Shown here: one piece after another, positions 1 to 11,075 of the stretch
How the letters are laid out: the number at the start of each line of letters is the position of its first letter
How positions within the stretch are numbered: position 1 is the stretch's first letter
Assembly (NCBI RefSeq): GCF_009834535.1
Contig: NC_045697.1
Location: 18,602,001 to 18,666,000 of the forward strand
DNA from: Camelus ferus
Lineage: Eukaryota
Direction: 5' to 3'
Length of the DNA stretch: 64,000 nt
Position numbers and translations under genes: made by a program
Notes under the pieces: generated by a model
What the model was told of the DNA's origin: nothing
Databases searched by the model: none
Seen by the model: only the letters and a program-made list of their open reading frames with translations

Positions 1-64
1 AACAGCCAAGAATCTACAGACAAAAAACCAGAAGGCATCAATCCTGTGTCTAAGCAACACTTAC

Positions 65-81
65 CCACGTCAGGCTATGGT
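65..81 (-). CDS. Candidate 17-nt coding microexon of an unidentified gene, (D)HSLTW
   Basis: Minus strand reads cccttttcag|ACCATAGCCTGACGTGG|gtaagt, with a strong acceptor and a consensus donor. The only open frame starts in phase 1, matching the phase left by candidate exon 3839-3858. Confidence 0.45.
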
Positions 82-402
82 CTGAAAAGGGCATTACTCT
101 AAATAATGCATATAAAGCCCTTCCTTTAAAATTATTTAATAACATATTAAATTATTTTATATAATTAGTATACATGACATATAGCAAACAAATAAATCCA
201 GAACATCCAAATCTTCTCCTCCCCGAACAATCCCTGTTGTTTAGCTCCATTTCTACAGTTTAAGTTTTTCTAAAGCAAAATATACTATAATTCTCTGTGC
301 CCATGGTTCTTTATACTTTTCCAAGTGATTTCCCCGCACGTTGTTTGTTTGAACATCACCAAATCTGTGAAATGTAGAAAGGACAGGAATCATTATCCCC
401 AT

Positions 403-983
403 CCCTTGGTTTTTTTCCCTCCAGTTTTACTGATATGTAATTGACAAACAGTGCTCTACGAGTTTATGGGGTGAAGCATGATGATCTGACCGGCATATAT
501 CATGAAATGATGACCACAATAAGTTCAATGAACATCCATCTTCTCATACAGATGCAACTTTAAAGAAATAGGAAAAAAAAAAAAAAGATTTCCTTGTGAT
601 GAGAACTCTAAGGATTTACTCTCTTAACAACTTTCATATATAACGTGCAGCAGTGTTAATTATATTGGTCATGTTGTGCATTACATCCCTAGTACTCATT
701 TACCTTATAGCTGGAAGTCTGTACCTTTTGACTTCCTTCATGCAAGTCCCCCTGCCCCCAACCCCCTGCCTTCAGTAACCACAAATCTGATCTCTTTTTC
801 TCTGTGTTTGTTTATTTTTGAAGTATAATTGACCTACAATGCAATGTTAGTTTCCGTTACTCAACACAGTGATTCAATATTTCTATATGTTTCAAAATGA
901 TCATTGTGATAAGTCTAGTTACCATTTGTTCCTATACAAGGCTACTATATAATTATTGGCTATACTCCCCACATTGTACACAG
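403..983 (-). mobile_element. 5'-truncated L1 3'-UTR fragment (L1MA9-like, tandem 3' ends) inserted in a MIR
   Basis: Contains reverse L1 3'-UTR motifs (ttgaagtataattgac, cacagtgattca, gtgatgagaactct). Flanked by TSD tatccccat at 394-402 and 984-992, with MIR-like sequence on both sides. Confidence 0.8.
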
Positions 984-1208
984 TATCCCCATTTCATAGA
1001 TGAAGTTAGAGTGTTGAAGAATAGGCAGTGAGCTATGCAGATACAAAATGGGCAAGGGTTAGCTAGGTAAATCGTCAGGAAAATGGATTGTGAATAAACT
1101 TAAAATGATCTTGGAACATGCAACCTGGAATTTGGGAAGGAAAAGACAAGCGAAAACCCCATTCTTCTACTGGAGATCATCCAAGTTCTAATTAAGAATA
1201 CCATGCTC

Positions 1209-1350
1209 ACTTTATTTTTATTTACTTTTTTTGAGGGGGAAGTGATTAGGTTTATTTTATTTATTTATTGTGAATGGAGGTACTGGGGATTGAACCCAGG
1301 ACCTCATACATGCTAAGCATGCACTCTACCACTGAGCTACACCCTCCCCC
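1209..1350 (-). mobile_element. Camelid tRNA-Ala-derived SINE (Vic-1 type)
   Basis: Minus strand reads GGGGGAGGGTGTAGCTCAGTGGTAGAG...GGGTTCAATCCCCAGTACCTCCA (A and B boxes), then a CCTAATCACTTCCCCC tail and an A-rich end. 10-bp TSD taccatgctc at 1199-1208 and 1351-1360. Confidence 0.92.
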
Positions 1351-1949
1351 TACCATGCTCCCTTTAAATGCCAATCTCTTAAATGTGAAGTAGAGACATT
1401 TTAACAGGACCCAGGGAAAAAAAGGAGTAAAAACATATTTTTGAAAGAATAGAGAAAAACCTCAGAAAAGAAAGACCAAGAAGCAGAGTATTTCACAACA
1501 GGAAAAATTAAAAGTAACTAAGTGAGGCTCGAGTCGGCTGAATGGAATTCCACCAGTCAAGCATTTCTGTTAACTGTACTTCCATGGAACTATAATTCGT
1601 GTGACCTTAAAAAATCCTGAAGATTAAATTATAATGGGCCTTGTTTTAGACAATGCGTATTTAAGTGAAAGATAGCACCAAGAAAAAGATGGGCTTGGGT
1701 TTGAATTTTGCATTCAGCACACAGCCATCAGGAAACTCCTTAATACTCAATCTCGCCAAACTTCCATTTTTTTCCATCTCTCAACTGAGGGTGATAATAC
1801 TCTCGTTGCATAGTTGTTTCAAGAATTTGAAATGTTTGCTGTATGCGAAGCACCTAGTAAGACACCCAGAACACAGCAGAAACTCAGGCAGTCGGATCTC
1901 GTATGTTGGCTGGCGGTGCTGGTTTAAATTAAGTATGAATTCTTGTGAC

Positions 1950-2150
1950 CTGAGCACTAGACTCTGAGTAAAGGCCTGGGTTTGAGTCCCGACTCTTTCA
2001 CTTAGTAACTGTAGGAAGAAATATTGTTGAAGGAATTGAGGTTTATTCATCCTGAATCTCTTCACTTATAAAAACGAATAGAATTTACCTTCTTATTTTT
2101 AGCTTAAGATTCTAATAAAAGGTATATGTGAAATATCTTTTAAATATAAA
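1950..2150 (+). mobile_element. MIR SINE fragment
   Basis: cctgggtttgagtccc...cacttagtaactgt matches the MIR core and is followed by a degenerate MIR 3' part. Confidence 0.6.
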
Positions 2151-2416
2151 TGTCATAAAAAATAGATTTTCACTGCTATTAATTCTTTGAAAACTTTAAA
2201 AAGACATGTCACTATATGTACAAAAATATCACTGAAATAGGAATACAGAGTAGAGTTCTATCTATATTTTCAGAAGTCCTGATAAAAATGACAACCAAAA
2301 CAATAAAAAAAAAAAAACCTTCAAATTCCAAGAAATTTGCAGTTAGCATAAGGGGAAATTTCTCAGTTTTAAGGATGGAGAAACCTTTGAACAGGCTTAC
2401 AAGGGTCACGGTGGAC

Positions 2417-2435
2417 TGTCCGCCCCCTGGGGGGA
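2417..2435 (-). promoter_or_regulatory. Candidate CTCF site
   Basis: Minus strand TCCCCCCAGGGGGCGGACA compared with the CTCF core CCACCAGGGGGCGC. Confidence 0.4.
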
Positions 2436-3544
2436 TATCACAAAGGATGAGCAGCCATCTGTCCTGGGTAATTTATCGGAGAGTCCTAACGCTCAGGAGG
2501 GACCAGGAATAGTGCAGCCCACCCTCCACGTCTGACAGAAGAAGAAGCTGAGATCCAGAGAAGTGAAGTTACTCAATCACCAGGACACCACTGAGGGGGC
2601 TCAGGGGTGAGCCGGCCACCTGCTCAGTGTGTTCCACGACTGTTGCTTCTGTTCAGATGCATACCCCCCTGGCTTTCAAATCTCTGCTTCGGGGCAATGG
2701 GAAGGACTGCGGAGCAAATTTAAAGCTGACTGCTTAGTGAGAGGGTAAAATCCCCCTAGGATGTTCCAGCGTAGGGCAGTGAGGGGCTGGAAATCCACAT
2801 CTTGAAGTTCCTCCCATCCTTATGCATGTATGATATCATCCAGGAAACATTTACACAACATAGATGGAACTAAATGTCTTGCCAGGTGGTAGCTCGTGAT
2901 ATATACAGACAGCCCCTGCCTCACAAAGAAAGACTACAGAGACCGCATACATACAGACAGCTGCTGCCATCCGCCCGGCCCCCACCAACTTGCAGCTGCC
3001 ATGGGCTGTGTGAAAAAATTAAAAAAGAAAGAAAGGGGTTAGAAAAAAACTTGGACCACTTGCAGATTCGGCACATTCAGAGGCGGAGGAAAGGAAGAAG
3101 CTGTGGAAACAGGAACCACAGCAGGGAATGGATTCTCAGGATACCTTTTCAATCCCCAGTGATCTGGCAACAGGCGCCCCCCCCCACCTCTGCTTCTCCC
3201 CAGCACTCCCAGCCCCACCCCACCCCCCACTTCCTTTGCCCTGAAAAATCTACTCCCGGGCATGACTGTCCTCTCCCATCCATGCCGCCAGAAATTCTGC
3301 CATTGTTGCATTTGGCCTCAAAGCCTTTTGGGAAGCAGGAAGGCAGAGAATAAATAACCATTAATTTACCATTAGGAATCTCTTTCATGAATCACTCTCC
3401 TTTATTACAGTCAATAATAAAAGGACCTGTCTCATGGGGTTATTGAGAGGATAAAGTGAATTAATGAACTAAACGTCCTTAGCTCTGTGACTGATAAGTG
3501 GTATAACACTGAGTGTTTCTGAAGTATTAGCTCTCTTATTAACC

Positions 3545-3690
3545 ACAATTATTCCCATTTTGCTGATAAGAGAAGTGAGGCTTAGAGAAGGTAAATTACT
3601 TTTCCTCGGCCACATAACTCAGAAGTAGAACCCGGATTCAAGACTAGGTCTGTCTCCAAATCCTATCATCTTAACTTCTGTGCTGTACAC
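3545..3690 (-). mobile_element. MIR SINE fragment
   Basis: attcccattttgctgataagagaagtgaggcttagagaaggtaaattact...ggattcaagactagg is the reverse MIR core. Confidence 0.7.
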
Positions 3691-3838
3691 AGTCCTGTGC
3701 TTAGCACTGGGGTGGAGGACAGGCTGGGGAGGGAGGGGCGATGAAATGGAGGTGGAGGGATAGTAGAGGCTGTCACTCACAGGTTAATAAGAATTAACTC
3801 AATCAGAATGTTTCTTGTGGAAAATCAGCTGTGCTCAC

Positions 3839-3858
3839 CTGCATTCAGGGAAACGTGA
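3839..3858 (-). CDS. Candidate 20-nt coding microexon, (S)HVSLNA
   Basis: Minus strand has a pyrimidine-rich tract then ctacttgccag|TCACGTTTCCCTGAATGCAG|gtgagc. It enters in phase 2 and exits in phase 1, linking the two neighbouring candidates without a stop. Confidence 0.35.
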
Positions 3859-4561
3859 CTGGCAAGTAGGTCTCAAGTAGGTTATGTAGGAGAATAGTAG
3901 GAGAACAGGGAAGACCCAGGCAAGGGACCACAGCTGGGTATTGAGTAGGAAGCCTGGAGACAGTGACGCCCGTAGACGGGAGATGTAGCAAAAAGAGCAG
4001 TTTGGAGAGAGTCGAAGATGAATTCTGACCCACATGAAATTTCATCTAGGTCTGACCCAGGAAAGGGGGAGGAAGATTCTATCTTGTTCCCTACCTACCT
4101 GTTGCCCTACCCACGGTTCCAGATAACTTATTAGTGTTCTTGGTAGACTACTAGAAAGGTTAAATAAACTCTTGTGGGCTGGTTGGAAACATAATGCTTC
4201 CACTCCCACTTGTAATGCGTTTCTTTTGGGAAATGTGTGCTGAGTTCCAAACAAATGACTTGTAATTTAATACAACATGTGTACACTTTGGGTCTCCGCA
4301 CTGTGCTGGGTGCTGGGAACACGAAAGGAAATGTAAGGCAAAGTCTCTGGCCTGGAGCAGCCAGAGCCCTGGGGGAGAGAGATGTGTAAGCAACTAAGAG
4401 ACAACGTGCTGAGTGTAACAGGAGAGGTGTGTACAGAATGCCTTGGGGCACAGAGCAAGAGGACAGCGAAACTGCTTTTAAATCAAGTTTTGGAATCCAG
4501 CCCCTCTGCAAGTTGGGAACTGCATGCAAGGCATTAGAAGTTACGGAAAGGACGCTCTTAC

Positions 4562-4569
4562 CTTTTCAT
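4562..4569 (-). CDS. Candidate start-codon segment ATGAAAAG at the end of a putative exon 4562-4650
   Basis: Minus strand reads ccctccctaaccacttag|GAAAA...TTCAGAATGAAAAG|gtaaga. The ATG has A at -3, an in-frame upstream TGA and a strong donor. Confidence 0.35.
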
Positions 4570-4674
4570 TCTGAATGAACTCTTTCTTCAACAGAACTGT
4601 TGCCTGCTTTTTTCCTGGCGAGCGGTGGGATCAATACCTGTGTTTTTTTCCTAAGTGGTTAGGGAGGGGGTGAT

Positions 4675-4850
4675 TGCATGGACTCTGAACTCAGGCTGCT
4701 CTGGTTTGAATCTGACTTTCATTTACCAGCAATATGACCTTGACTTTACCTTTTTGGTCTCAGTTTCTTTTATCTGTAAAATGGGGCCAATAAAAACACC
4801 TTCTTTATAGAGTTCCTGGGAAGACTAATGAGCTAATACACGCAAAGTCC
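4675..4850 (+). mobile_element. MIR SINE
   Basis: Contains ggtttgaatc...tgaccttg...ctcagtttctttt atctgtaaaatggggc. Confidence 0.75.
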
Positions 4851-5537
4851 ACGTCTCAAAATGGAGTAAACGTCTCACTCAACTGGCTGTTGTTAACTGA
4901 GTGATAAGACTCTGGCGTCAAGCAACTTCATGAAGTCAAATTGAAAGAGTTTTAAGTGATACACAGATGAACATTTTAAAATTTTAATAGCATATATTTA
5001 TCTTCATATATTGGGGGAAATATATATAGCACATCAAACCCTAGATTTTAAAGATATACTTTCTTAGGATGAATAAAAAATTTTGGAAAGTAAATTAAGT
5101 TAAAGAAAACTAGTAAGTAATGGTCAGATGTTACGTCTTTTCTCAAAATAAAAGTAACAAGCTGACTGTGGTCCAGAGTGAGGACCAGACCAACAGATTG
5201 GGGTGTCCCTTTGAATTTTTCTTTTTCTTTTCTTTTTATTTTTTCCTCTTTTGCATTGGGCCTGGCTTGAATTCGTTTCATTTTTCTTAATGTTATATAC
5301 TATTTAATGTCTAAATTTTTAAAAGGGGGAGAAACATGACAGGGATTAGGAAATGTAGTAAGAGATGGCCTCCCTTCGTGTGTTTTCTCACTGTGATGAA
5401 ATTCAAAACTTTACCCTAGGCCTCTGGATACTGGCAATATTTTCTAATGCCCCAACTACAGAGAAAAGCATATTGGAATAGTAGACAGAATGCCTTCCGC
5501 GTGCCCATGCTTTTTTGGCCCCAGTTTGAATCCTGGT

Positions 5538-6080
5538 GGAAAAATTCCCTGAAGCCGATGACAGCTGAGCTCCTCACCCAGCACTCAGATGCTCAGAGAA
5601 GGAAAATTACACCCTGAGGTTCTGGGGACGCGGGAGCAGCGGGCGGTGCACATGAAGGCCAGAGAGTGGACCTGCTGCTGGTCCGTCTCCACCCCATGAG
5701 CCTGGAGCTGAAGTTAGAGGGGATTCCAGTTTGGGGGAGACTGTGCAGAGGAGACATGAAAAGGGAGCAGAAGGACAGACCTGTGTCAGCTCACACCCCG
5801 GGTTTCCCCCGAGCTGCAGTGAGGTCTCTGGGGCACCCCGTCCCCTTTACCCCTTCTTTGTAAAAATCACCTCCAGGAAAGTCCCGCCGTCTGACACAAC
5901 AGTTGGCCTTTGAAGCCTATGAATGGTCGTGCCCAGACGGGGTTTCCCTGGGCTCAGCATCCCCATCTGAGCGCCTTGTGGCCCCATGGTGTCACGTCCA
6001 CTGTCAGGCTTGCAGAGAGCAAACGGAGCGTGTTAAAGGCGCACAGGACCAAGGGACACTGTTTGCTGGGGCCTTTAAAC
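5538..6080. promoter_or_regulatory. CpG-enriched putative promoter/enhancer with a cluster of NF-kB motifs
   Basis: Exact GGGACTTTCC on the minus strand at 5876-5885 and GGGGTTTCCC at 5939-5948. Near matches GGGGATTCCA (~5719) and GGAAAAATTCCC (5538-5549). CpG is locally raised. Confidence 0.45.
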
Positions 6081-6320
6081 ATGTCTGTTAAGCAGCAGTT
6101 TATCTCATATCAGCCTCTTTGTGTCTTCTCTCCCCTTATTCCTCCCATGGAGATGTCCTTCTCTCTCTGAGCATCCTCACCTTCCTTCCACCAACCTCAT
6201 CAGAGTCTCTATTTCCCCTGCCGTGGAAAAGAAAGCAATTAATTGTGGGGCCTCATGGGGAGAGCCACAGCAGGAGCTTTCAGACAAACCCCTTTATTTC
6301 AGCCTCAAGAATAGGCTGAA

Positions 6321-6505
6321 AGTGTTGTCAGGTACAATGAAGGACACCCCATTCAATTGGAATGTCAGATAAAAAAACAAGCAATTTTTTAGTAATTAAT
6401 ATGTCTTGTGCAATACTGAGGGCACACTGATACTAAAAAAGTACTTGTTTGTCTGGCACTCCAATTTAACTAGCTATCTATATTTTTGTTAACTTTAGCA
6501 ACCCT
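6321..6505. mobile_element. MER53 hAT-related palindromic MITE
   Basis: Termini agtgttgtcag and tagcaaccct. Internal arms (cagataaaaaaacaagcaattttttagta / atactaaaaaagtacttgtttgtctg) resemble the MER53 hairpin. Confidence 0.8.
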
Positions 6506-6509
6506 CCTC

Positions 6510-6680
6510 AAACACAACCCCATGAGGCTGGCATTTTTATTCTTACTTTAAATGTGGGGGAAATGAGGCTTCGAGAAATTAAGCAACTTGCTTGAAGCCA
6601 CAGTGCTTGCAAGTCACAGAGTAGAGATGAGATTTCAATCCAGACCCACAGATTTCAAGACCAGTGCTGGTTCCACACCA
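6510..6680 (-). mobile_element. MIR SINE
   Basis: Contains gggaaatgaggcttcgagaaattaagcaacttgcttgaagccacag. Confidence 0.75.
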
Positions 6681-8264
6681 CACAGGGAGTCAAGACTTAA
6701 ACCAAAGATATAGATGGGATGCCAGTGGAGGAAACTGAGGCATTTTCTAAGGAGTTTGGGGGATTCTTGGATGCCTTGCTCAAAATGTAGACAATCAATC
6801 AACAGTTGGTGAATGTAGTGAACTGAATTATCGCCATGCTTGGCAGCTAAAAGACACTGCTGCTTTCCTAAAATGATCCTAAGACTTGTTCCTCACTCCC
6901 AGCTCAAGTCCTCCTCCAACACTGCCCTTCAACGCCCAGAGGGAGCACTTCACCCCATGCGTATAGGCAGTGGTAGATGAAGTCATGGGACACAGCGCCA
7001 AGAGAAGTTTCAAGTCGTGTTACATCCATTTAACACATGGCAGAAACCCGCAGGCCTGAAGGAATTGGCTGGCCCAAGGAATAAACCAGTCCCCTCTTGG
7101 CCAGACACCCTTCAAAGCTCAGCATGTGCAGTCCAGTCACCTTGCCTGAACCAGGCTGCCTTGAAAATATCTGTCTGCACTTCCATCAACATGGTTTCAG
7201 GGGAGCAGAGGCTATGGAGCTAAGAGGGAAGGTGAGTCCCACCAGAACTCTTTCTCACCCAAAGATGAGGTCAGTCAATAGATGCAAAGTTCCTTCAGCC
7301 TCGTTTCCTTCTTAAATGAGTGACGCTTTATGAATCTGTAGGCAGAAATCCAGACAGAACACATGCAGCTCGTAGATGCTCACAAACCTCCCAGTCCCAA
7401 GGGAAATCGCTGTCTCTGTGCAGAGGGGACCGTCTTATCCTCCTCAGCTTAAGTCCCAGTCTTTTCCTCTGGATCCTCACTGGATGAGCCTTGGGAGGAT
7501 GGAGAGTAGTAAAGAAAAAAAACATGATATTGTTAGAAAATGTGGACCCCAATCTGCCGCCACCAAGAAAATTGGCTACTTATCATCATTATTTTCTGAT
7601 GATCAAAATAATAAATGCTCATTGTGGAAACACTTGAAAATGCTGAAAAGCATAAAGAAACAATAAAAACAACCTATAATTCCATCATGCAGAACTATAA
7701 CCTGTCCTAAAATTGTGGTGTATTTCCTAAGGATTTCTGACTATATAGTAAATGTAGTTGGCCTCATACTTCACATGACTCTATTTCCACTTTTTTTTCT
7801 AATCTAACAAACCATAGCCACTTCTCTCAACCTCATTAAAGACTCTCCAAAGAATCTTTTGATGAATCTTTAATGGATGTATTGAAAATAGTCCTAGTTT
7901 ATTTACCTATTCCCCTCTTGGTAAGCATGTAGAATGTTTTCCCTTCTAGAAATAGCATAGCAGAGAGCATCTTCTTCACAGACATTTTTATCAGACCCTT
8001 GGCACCTGTAGCCTCATGTCTAGAATCTAATATAAAACAGCATTCGATCTGTTACAAAGACATGTGTCTTATCGTGTTTTCTGCTTTGCCATGTTCTCCA
8101 AAGGGCACTGTGTCTTCCAGAGGCCCCATCCACTGAGCTAGCTGGAGAACCACGGCCAGTGATTATAGAACAAGGACAACCTGGTCCTTTGTCAAATGAA
8201 ACAGGCTCCTACGCGAGCAAGAAGTCTCTGCGCCCCGCTCCTTAAACTCAGGCCATGGTTTACA

Positions 8265-8353
8265 AGAGAGAGACAGAGAGACAGAAAGAGAGCAAGAGAG
8301 AGACAGAGGGGAAGAGCAAGAGAGAGACAGAGGGGAAGAGCGAGAGAGAGAGA
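8265..8353. repeat. GA-rich compound repeat with ~2.5 copies of a 24-bp unit
   Basis: agagcaagagagagacagagggga is directly repeated. Confidence 0.85.
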
Positions 8354-9439
8354 GTCCCGGGGACGATTCTCAGAGAAACCACCACACGATGTAATTCCAC
8401 CGGGAAGGGGACGATGAAAGTCCTCAGAATTGTGCCGCTTGGTGTTTTTACTGAACCATTGCTTGCTGATTTAGTTAATGATAATGTTTGGTTCCAAATT
8501 TCCTCTAAAAGGGAGTCTTAAGTGTTCTCAGCTTGGACAGGGCTGGCTTAAAAATAAACAAATAAGTTATATAAGTCCAAATTTTGGAGGATCAGGTTTT
8601 GGAAGCCAAGGCTCAGTGTAGGATTAAAAGGGCCCGCCTCGCATCTTGTGGTTGGGCCTCACGTGCAGCCTGCAGGGTGGAGCAGCAAGGAAGCCTTCCA
8701 GCTGTCCCTGAATCCAGCTTCTAATTTGAGAGCCAACACCCACAGAAAACTCATGCAGGGTGCACCCCATGGCGCCTAAAAGACACTTGCATTGCTTAAA
8801 AGACAGTGAAGAGAAACAAAAAAGCCATCGCAACCACTGGTAGATGATGGCAGACTTCTTTTTCTTTACTCTCTTCCAACCCTAGATGTTTTAAAAGGCT
8901 GACTGGTGCTGTTTAAGAGCTGTCATCTTCTGCTTCACAGTTGGCCGCATTTGGGTGGGAAGTGAAGCAATTATTACATAGTGCCTTTTAAAAGTTCTTA
9001 AGGATTCTCCAGGAAGAAAGACATCAGGTTCCCCAAAGTTACCATGGTGGATGGAGCCCCACTTTGGGTCCAGCTGTGGGAGTCACAGTCAGGGACAGAA
9101 GAAGCCTGATGCTCCAATGGGGTCCAGAATCCTCCATACACTCCTAGAATGGTGTGGATATGCAAAAGGTCACGCAGGAGTCCGTTCATTCACTTATTTG
9201 TGTCACATAGTTATTAAGAGCTGAGTAGTAGGAAGCACTGAGGATCTAAGGGTTAAGAGAGAAAATAGAATAGGTCCTGCCCTCACATTGCCTATTCTGG
9301 GTGAGGAGATCTGATGTGTTTACAAACAGCCAGAAAATGCTACACACCCATCACGGATGGTGATATAAACCAGGGATCTACATGGGCCAGGAGTACAACG
9401 TAAAAGTACTGGAACAGAAGTTCTAGCCAGTAACTGGCT

Positions 9440-9616
9440 TCCTGGAACGCAGGCCCAGTATGACTAGACCTTCAGATTTTCCAAAGCAGGAGAATGTGAC
9501 TTTTCTGTAAACTATCCTGATTTTTTTTGTTTGTTTGCTAAAATTTTTTAACCATGAATACTAAACAAAACATACCTATAGACTGAAACAGGACAAGCCA
9601 CCCAGGTGAACCTCTG
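9440..9616. mobile_element. hAT-Charlie DNA transposon fossil (MER102-like)
   Basis: cttcagattttccaaagcagg...ttttctgtaaactatcctga...aaacaaaacatacct...aacctctg resembles one end of MER102. Confidence 0.5.
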
Positions 9617-10029
9617 ATGCAGACTGTATTTGTTAATATGGACACATACCTACCCTTTTGAATAAAAGTACTTTATACCAGCCATATGTTTACTCTGATC
9701 ACATTTTTGTTTTGAAATTCTGCATTTATATATAGAAAAAAGATGGAAGTTGATACATCTTTGTTTTTCTTTTTTTATGAAAATTTTTGCTGTGAGCATG
9801 CATTACTTCTGTAATCAGAATTTTCAACCAAATTTAAAATGTTATAAAAAGACCTAAGTGCTTTTACATTAGCACAGATAAAATATTATGAAATCATACA
9901 GAAATTTTTTTGAAGAATTAAATGAAAATAAAAATTACTGAAAATGTTAATAATAAGAAAATAAAGTATGTATATTGGACTTTTACGATGCCAGGGAAGT
10001 AGGGACACTCACAATGGGCTTTACTGGCT

Positions 10030-10200
10030 CACTGTCTTACTTATTCTTCCCAACTTCTGTGTGACGATACTACTGCTATTCCCATGCATAGGAGAGAGGA
10101 TGAGGTTCAGAGAGGTTAAGTAACTTGCCCAAGGTCACACAGCATGAGTAGCAGAGCTGGCACTCAAAACCCAGGTCATCTGTTTCCAGAGGCTGTGTGT
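10030..10200 (-). mobile_element. MIR SINE
   Basis: gaggttcagagaggttaagtaacttgcccaaggtcacacag is a near-perfect reverse MIR core. Confidence 0.9.
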
Positions 10201-10489
10201 TCTCCTAACTTTAAGTAAGAGATTCCTAGAAGCAAAGTAAATGAGAAAGGTCAGGGAGATGGTATTTGATCTTGGCCTCAAAGAACCAGAAATAGTTCAA
10301 CCCCTAGATACAGGAAGGAAACAATATCACCAGAGAGGTAGAGATGATGCTAAATGTGTAAGAAGTTCTAATGAAGTGAGGTTAGTAGGCTGGAGACAGT
10401 CACAGGAGTCTTAGTATTAAATGCCGGTCTAAGGAATTAGAATTTATTTACACTCAGTGGGAGCCATTGATGTTCAGGAATAAGACGGG

Positions 10490-10858
10490 TGCCTTGTTAG
10501 GCTACTGCTAACAAAATTCCACAGACTGAGTGGCTTAACGCAAACTTACTTCTCACAGTTTTGGAGTCTAGAAGTCCAAGATCAAGGTGTCGGCAGGTTT
10601 GGTTTCTCCTGAGGTTTCTCCCCTTGGCTTGCAGACAGCCACCTTCTCCCTGTGTCCTCATGCAACCTTTCCACTGGTGTCTCACCTTCCTCTTCTTAAA
10701 AGGACACCAGTCAGATTGGATTAGAGCCCACCCTAATGGCCTCATTTAAACTTACTTCCCCTGTAAAAGCCCTGTCTCCAAACACAGTCACATTCTGAGT
10801 TACTGGGGGTTAGGACTTCAACGTATGAAATTTGGGGGCCAAAGTTCAGCCCATAACA
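10490..10858 (-). mobile_element. MaLR solo LTR (MLT1A0/MLT1B-like)
   Basis: Contains cacagactgagtggctta...gaagtccaagatcaaggtgtcggcagg...ggacaccagtcagattggattag...ttcagcccataaca. Confidence 0.9.
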
Positions 10859-10864
10859 CATGGT

Positions 10865-11075
10865 GATGCAGAAAGAGCATAGGACTTGGAGAGTCAGAAG
10901 CCCTGAGTTTAAATGCTGCCAAGACCATTTATTAGACGTGGGACCTTAAACAAGACGTTAAATCATTTTGCTCCTAATTCATAAAAAGTCAGCTAATGTA
11001 CCTTGTCTACACTGCAGGATATGGTAAGGCTCAGATGAAACAATGTGTGTGGAAGCACTTTGTAAACTATAAGGT
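10865..11075 (+). mobile_element. MIR SINE
   Basis: Contains gaaagagcataggacttggagagtcagaagccctgagttt...gtggaagcactttgtaaact. Confidence 0.7.

Noticed and set aside
1275..1350. tRNA-Ala(AGC)-like sequence (also near 33395-33469 and 57560-57640)
   Set aside because: Each has an A-rich tail and substitutions relative to tRNA-Ala, and two have SINE tails and TSDs. They are SINE heads, not tRNA genes.
3839..4051. Longer coding exon using acceptors near 4045-4051 (ORFs 3835-4035 and 3845-4045)
   Set aside because: The frame that would join the 17-nt exon contains two stops, and the other frames stop within the exon or just after splicing. It remains possible as a non-coding exon.
8196..8521. ORFs with RARERQRG/ETEGKSKR repeats, and the repeat as a possible array
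   Set aside because: This is the translation of a GA-rich simple repeat. It has no unique spacers and is not CRISPR-like.
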